DNA of 32,180 nucleotides from Octopus sinensis (taxonomy: Eukaryota), in the NCBI RefSeq assembly GCF_006345805.1, contig NW_021832349.1, positions 1 to 32,180 on the forward strand. Direction: 5' to 3'. How positions within the stretch are numbered: the stretch's first letter is position 1; each line of letters begins with the position of its first letter. The notes below the pieces were generated by a model. It made no database searches. It had not been told where the DNA came from and was given only the letters and a program-made list of their open reading frames with translations. The position numbers and the translations under genes are program-made. Below, one piece after another: positions 24,118 through 31,852 of the stretch.

Positions 24118-25367
24118 TGTATGTATGTATGTATATATGTAATTTATGTATGTATGTAGTATGTATGTTATGTTGTATGTATGTATGTTTGTATGTATGT
24201 ATGTATGTATGTATGTATGTATGTATGTATGTATGTAGCAGACAGATAGATAGGCATTCATATATATTTGAGGGAGATGTATGTATATATATATATATCA
24301 GCAGCAGCAGCATTTAACATCCGCTTTCCATGCAAGAATGGGTTGGACGATTTCACTGAGGACTGGCGAACCAGATGGCTGCACCAGGCTCCAATCTTGA
24401 TCTGGCAGAGTTTCTACAGCTGGATGCCCTTCCTAACGCCAACCACTCCGAGAGTGTACTGGGTGCTTTTACATGCCACCGGCACGAGGGCCAGTCAGAC
24501 ATGGGTTGAACAGTTTGGCCAGAGTTGGAAAGCTGGAGAGCTGCACTAGGCCCCCGTCTGTTTCGGCCTGGTTTCTACGGCTGGACGTCCTTCAATTTAT
24601 TCAACTAAATCTTTCATGGCCAGACTCCAATGACTGAAGCAAGTAAGAAATAAACGATAAAACACACGTGCATGTATGTGTGAGTGTGTGTTTGATATCA
24701 CAAAGGGGTTCTAAATGAGTGTCTCTGTTATACAAGCGGTGTCGTTCATTTCCAATATTCTGGAAGCTCATGTTTGGCTACCGTAAAATATTACCTGTCT
24801 TGGAAAGAGATGAAGGTTGGCAACAGGAAAAGGCGTCCAGCTGTAGAAATTCTGTATGGAACAGTGGGTGTTAAATGAGGAAGATGGCGATGATAGCGGC
24901 GGCGGCGGTGGTGGTAGTGGTGATTGTGGTGGGTGATGATGATGATGATGATGATTATAATGGCGTTGATGCTGGTGATGATGGCAATGAGTATAATGAA
25001 GAAGATGATGACGATAATGATGATGATGAGGCGGCGGAGGAGGAGCGATGTCTGTATGCGTGCATGTGAGTATAGAGCACTCTGTCTGTTTGCAGGTTCA
25101 ATACCAAGGAAAGGAGGTTGGCCTTGTAAAACTGAGAAATCCATGGGGCAAAAAGGAGTGGAATGGACCCTGGAGTGATTCGTAAGTAAAACATTCACAA
25201 ACTGAATGCCAGGAATATTCGACCAGGTTGACTTTCTCATGCATCGTACTCTCGCACACACCCTGTGTACACACACACACATGTGTGTGTGTACATAATA
25301 TAATATATATATATATATAATTATATCTATATATATATAGATATATATATATATATATATAATATTA

Positions 25368-25400
<33 letters not shown>

Positions 25401-25417
25401 TATATATATATATATAT

Positions 25418-25504
<87 letters not shown>

Positions 25505-25770
25505 CATATATATATATATATTGGTAAAAACGTTAAGATAACAAAAGAAAGAGACCGCAATATTATGTAAATAGAGGAAATTTATCTATAAAGTAATATG
25601 TTACAATTACTCGATAGTCAAGATAAAACTCACAGTTCAGATGCCGAAGTGGAAATCCACAACACCTCTCTTCGGTTATCTGGCCATCTGAAAAAACGCT
25701 ATGACGTTGTGGATTTCCATTTCGGCATCTGAAACTCAGAGTTTTATCTTGACTATTGAGTAAATGTAAC

Positions 25771-25847
<77 letters not shown>

Positions 25848-26728
25848 AATATACTCTTTACTCTTTTACTCTTTTACTTGTTTCAGTCATTTGGAGCACG
25901 GCCTTTAGTCGAGCAAATCGACCCCGGGACTTATTCTTTGTAAGCCCAGTACATATTCTATCGGTCTCTTTTGCCGAACCGCCAGGTGACGGGGACGTAA
26001 ACACACCAGCATCGATTGTCAAGCAATGCTAGGGGGACAAACACAGACACACAAACACACACACATATATATATATATATACACATATATACGACAGGCT
26101 TCTTTCAGTTTCCGTCTACCAAATCCACTCACAAGGCATTGGTCGGCCCGGGGCTATAGCAGAAGACACTTGCCCAAGATGCCACGCAGTGGGACTGAAC
26201 CCGAAACCATGTGGTTGGTTATCAAGCTACTTACCACACAGCCACTCCTGCGCCTATATATATAATATATATATATTATTTATAATAATATATATATACT
26301 CTTTTACTCTTTTTACTCTTTTACTTGTTTCAGTCATTTGACTGCGGCCATGCTGGAGCACCGCCTTTAGTCGAGCAACTCGACCCCAGGACTTATCCTT
26401 TGTAAGCCCAGTACTTATTCTATCGGTCTCTTTTGCCGAACCGCTAAGTGACGGGGACATAAACACAGCAGCATCGGTTATCAAGCAATGCTAGGGGGGA
26501 CAAACACAGACACACAAACATACACGCACACACATATATATACATATATATACATATATACGACGGGCTTCTTTCAGTTTCCATCTACCAAATCCACTCA
26601 CAAGGCTTTGGTCGGCCCGAGGCTATAGCAGAAGACACTTGCCCAACGTGTCACGCAGTGGGACTGAACCCGGAACCATGTGGTTGGTTAGCAAGCTACT
26701 TACCACACAGCCACTCCTGCGCCTGTGG

Positions 26729-26768
<40 letters not shown>

Positions 26769-27006
26769 TATTATACATGTATGTATACACACACACACAC
26801 GTCAACGCACCCACAGATGCAGTTTAACTCACACCACTGCTCCTCCCCTTCTCTTTTTTTCCTCTTTGAAGATCTGAAGAATGGAACGGATTGAAAGAAG
26901 AAGAGAGAAAACGGATGAATCTGGAAGTGAAGGACGATGGAGAATTTTGGTAAGGATTGGCTTCGTTCTCTTGTTGTTGCTGTTGTTCGTGTTGACGTCG
27001 TTGCTA

Positions 27007-27044
<38 letters not shown>

Positions 27045-27103
27045 ATAGTAGTAGTAGTAGCAGTATTAGTAGTAGTAGTAGTAGTAGTTGTGATGGTGGT
27101 AGT

Positions 27104-27152
<49 letters not shown>

Positions 27153-27161
27153 ATGGTGATG

Positions 27162-27200
<39 letters not shown>

Positions 27201-27268
27201 ACTGCACCAGCAGCAGCAGTAGAAATAGTAGTAGTAGTAGTTGTGATGGTGGTAGTAGCAGCAGCAGC

Positions 27269-27302
<34 letters not shown>

Positions 27303-27311
27303 ATGGTGATG

Positions 27312-27348
<37 letters not shown>

Positions 27349-27416
27349 TAGTAGTAGTGGTAATAGTAGTAGTAGTAGTAGCAGTAGCGTTAGTAGTAGT
27401 AGTAATGGTGGTGGTG

Positions 27417-27458
<42 letters not shown>

Positions 27459-27467
27459 ATGGTGATG

Positions 27468-27498
<31 letters not shown>

Positions 27499-27838
27499 TA
27501 GTAGTAGTGGTAATAGTAGTAGTAGTAGTAGCAGTAGCGTTAGTAGTAGTAGTAATGGTGGTGGTGGTGGTGGTGGTAGTAGTATAGTAGTAGTAGTAGC
27601 AGTATTAGTAGTAGTAGTAGTAGTAGTAGTAATGGTGGTAGTAGTAGTATAGTAGTAGTAGTAGTAAGTAGTAGTAGTAGTAGTATGTAGTAGTAGTGGT
27701 AATAGTAGTAGTAGTAGTGTAGTAGCAGTAGGTTAGTAGTTAGTAATGGTGTGGTGGTGGGGTGGTATAGTAGTAGTAGTAGTAGTAGTATAGCGTATTA
27801 GTAGTAGTAGTAGTAGTAGTAGTAATGTGGTAGTAGTA

Positions 27839-27878
<40 letters not shown>

Positions 27879-28974
27879 TGCAGCTACTTCTTCCGTTGCG
27901 GATGCTCTTGTTTGTGTCTACTTCCGTTGTTCTTTTAAACCTCCAACCACTCCCCCACATCAAATTCTCCTCACCACCACTAACCCCCCTCTTCCTCTCT
28001 CTCTCTCTCTCTCTTTCCCTTTACTCTCTAATTATCTCTATTTCTCACTCCCTCTCTCTCTCACTCCGTCACTCTCTATTTCTTTCCCGCTATTTCTCTG
28101 TTTCTCACTCACCGTCTTTCACTCACTCACTCTCTCTCTCTCTCTCACTCACTCACTCCCTCGCTCACTCTCCCTCTCTCTCTCTCTCTTTCTTTTCACA
28201 GGATGGACTTCAATGATTTCATAAAGAACTTCTCTCTCGTCGAGATGTGTCACATCGATCCATTTGCAATAACCAGCTTTCAGGTCAGTCACGCATAACT
28301 AACAACAAGTCCAATGCGAGTGAAAGTGATTCGGAAAACGATTATAATAATAATTTTTTTCATCTTAAATGATCTTGACATTCTTTTTCTGTTACATAAA
28401 ATATTTTTGACATTCTTCTGTCGTTTAATTGCCATTTACTTACGAGTTTTATGGATTTTAAAGATGAAATATTTTTTTTTATTTGGGAAAGAATTACGAT
28501 GTATTGCTACTATGAGAAATTATTGCTCTGTTCTACGAGTTTCCGGGAACAAATTAACGCACATATCAAGGCATACCTGTACACACACGCACACGCACAA
28601 ACACACACACGCACACATGTCTGGATCGTTAAAGAGCTATTGCACAAGATCTCCTTGAATGTATCGAGAACGATGAAAACCTTTTTGCAAACTTTGCATT
28701 TACCTCTGAGCAGGTATCGCCAAGCTTTTGACGAAATTTGATGCAGATTCTCTGCTCAACCTTCTGTCATGATCTTTACGACAATCACACACACCCTACA
28801 CTTTCCTTTGAAGCCCTTATGTAAACAGCTAGAGTGAGCAAGAGCGTTAGAAATTAGTGCATATGCACAGCAGAGTCCATGGTCAATCTGTGCCAAACAG
28901 CTTTACTCTACGTGTTTTAGCTTCGTTACTATACCAACAGTCCGGATATTTATTGATCAGACCTCGTGTATATA

Positions 28975-29018
<44 letters not shown>

Positions 29019-30871
29019 GAAGTTTGAAAACGCACCTATAGAAGATAGATTTAATTTTCTTCTTAGAAGTTTTACATGTTTCGGTTCTTCTTGAAAAACG
29101 ACCTTATCAAAAATTTTTTAAAGTTCAGTGTAATAAAAAAGTTCATATTGTTATCTTACTAGTCTCAACAGAGTCCACGTTGTGGTGTTTCGTGGGTGGT
29201 GGGAGCATAATGGCTGTCTTGTGTGTTGCCTAGATTCGTTGGCTGTAATTGTGAAAATAACCAGTGGCCGAATTACAGCCAACGAATCTAGGAGTATTTT
29301 TGTTTTCTTTTTGTTGCTCAGTAGCGTTGATTGTCTACTGATTTCATTAAGAATCGACAGTTCTTTTCTCATTTTTTGTATTTTGTTTTGGATGTTATTT
29401 ATCCACAGGGTGGTACTCCTGTTTGGATGGGTTTTAGTGAGTATCCAGATTCTTTTGTGGCTGCAGTGGCTGCTGCGTATACTAAGTCATTTAGTTCAGT
29501 GATATCGCTTTTTGTTTCAGTGGCGGCTAGGTTCCGTGGCGGCTAGGTTTATGATGTTTATAATTGGTGTTGTTGTTTCGTCTATTTTGATTCTTGGGAG
29601 GTATGGTCGGTGGTCCATTTTGAGCTCTGTGGTTTTCAGTTCTTTGATTATTTTACTTTTTATATTATCATAATCATTAGGCTCCCCTTCGTTGTTTCCA
29701 GGTTTTAGATTTGTGTCGCTTTCTTTCTTATTATGTTTGTGTTTGTTTGTGTTTTGGCTTGCTGTTTGTCGTGTATTATTATGTATCCTTACGGTCTGGG
29801 TTTGTTGTTTTTTGTTTACATCGTGTTTGTTGGAATGTTACGTTTGTCTTCGTGTTTTACTGTTTCAGTGTTTATATTATTGGGTATTGTTGTGTGGCTT
29901 CTATCTACATTTTCTTGGTGTATTTTTTTCTTTTAGAGATGTTCTATTTCTATTTCTGATATATTTTTGCGTTGAGAATGTATCTTCGTACGTTAGCTAA
30001 TTATTAGGGTTCATTGCTGTATCCAAGTCTATATTTATGTTATTTTCCTTCCATATTTTATATGTAAGTTTGTTTGTTTTTCATTTTTGCGTAGAGCACT
30101 GCTGCGCGAAGTATGCGTGTAGGATAGAAATGTATTCCTCACGTGTCCATTTATGTCTTTTGGGTTTTATTTGCGGGACATGAAGACAACGTCGGCCCAT
30201 TATTTGACGGTCGTCATTTTCGTAGGGTACCGGTCCGTTTATTTCTGTTGTCACATTGTTTTGCACGTGTAGTTTTTCGTACATTTTGTGTTGTAAGTTT
30301 AAAGTACGTACTTCCCGATTGTTATTCTTGGGTTGAATAATATCGGTGTTATTTAATTTCTTCGTAGTTTTTTTGTACATGGCGTTTGGAGTTGGGGATG
30401 ATCTGGTGTTGATGGATCGTAATGTTCCACGCATGTTTACATGTGTTGTGTTAGAGGTGGAGATGATAGAGAAAAAGAAGGCAGCAACCTGACAGAATTG
30501 TTAGCACACTGGGCAAAATGCTTAGCGGCATTTTGTCCATCTTTACATTCTAAATTCCAGTTCCTCTGAGGTTGACTTTTACCTCTTTTAAAAAAGCTAT
30601 GTTACTTTTGGGCCTTCTATTCATGAAATAATTTGAAACAGCCACTTTGTTGCTGTAGGGCGTTCTTTACCTAAGACAGATCACTGCCGTTTCGAAAATA
30701 GTAATAAATTTCAATGAGTAATACTTACTCGGATATAGTCCAGTCCGTTGTTAGTAAATTTTTGGCTCTATACGATGTCTTTGTTTTCGATGTTTATGGA
30801 TAGATTTCGGAGCTCTGTTTTATCGTTCTTACATCTTAAATGTCCCCGCCTGTGTTTTTTTATTATTATTA

Positions 30872-30943
<72 letters not shown>

Positions 30944-31813
30944 TATTACTATTATCAAACTGGCAGAATCGTCTGCTTTCCAGGCAAACTGCTCGGCAGC
31001 ATTTCGTCTGCCGTTACGTTCTGAGTTCAAATTCTGCCGAGATCGACTTTTCCTTTCATCCTTCGGGGTCAATGAAATAAGTACCAGTTGATTGCTGGGG
31101 TTGAAATAATCGACTAGTCCCCTTCCCCACAAAAATTTCAGGCCTTGTGCAAGAATTTGAAATCATTATTATCGTTGCTGTTGTTGTTGTTGTTGTTGTT
31201 GTGGATGTTCTCATGGTTGTTGTTGTTGTTGTTGTTGTTATTATTGTTGTTGTTGTTGTTGTTGTTGTTGTGTTGTGTATGTTCTCATGGTTGTTGTTAT
31301 TGTTGTTGTTGCATTGACAGGAAACAGCGGAGAAACCATCAGCAAGGAAATGGCACACATTCCGGGCAGATGGCCAATGGCTCAAGAAGATCACATCCGG
31401 TGGTAGCGACAATTCTAAAGGTGAGACACCGTCTACCTTGGGTTACTTTATCTTGTTGTTGTTGTTGTTGTTGCTGTTGTTGTTTAGCCACTCCTGATAC
31501 AACAGTCGGACTTTAAAACTGGTTTAGCCAATCATAATCATCATCATCATCCTCATAAAATTCCATGCAGCGGGGTAAAACGGGTAAGAGAGAGAGAGAG
31601 AGATGAGGAAGAGTGAGAGGGAGAGAGAGTGGAGAGGGTAAAGCAGTAGGTACGTACATATATGTTTGTATGTATGCATATATTTTTATTTATTACATTA
31701 TTGTCTGACAGCGCTCGCGTCGGGTTCGTTTCGATTCGTCGGTTCGTTCCACTTCTTGTCCTCCATTTAATTTATATATAATATATTATATATAATTATA
31801 TATTATATATATA

Positions 31814-31852
<39 letters not shown>

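Noticed and set aside
23323-24317. Six long ORFs (178-320 aa) of MYVC/HTYI repeats
   Set aside because: Translation of the (ATGT)n microsatellite; a tetranucleotide repeat lacking stops, not a gene.
26937-27587. 216-aa poly-Val ORF overlapping the end of exon 8
   Set aside because: Translation of (GTA)n; starts out of frame with the calpain exon and runs through a canonical donor.
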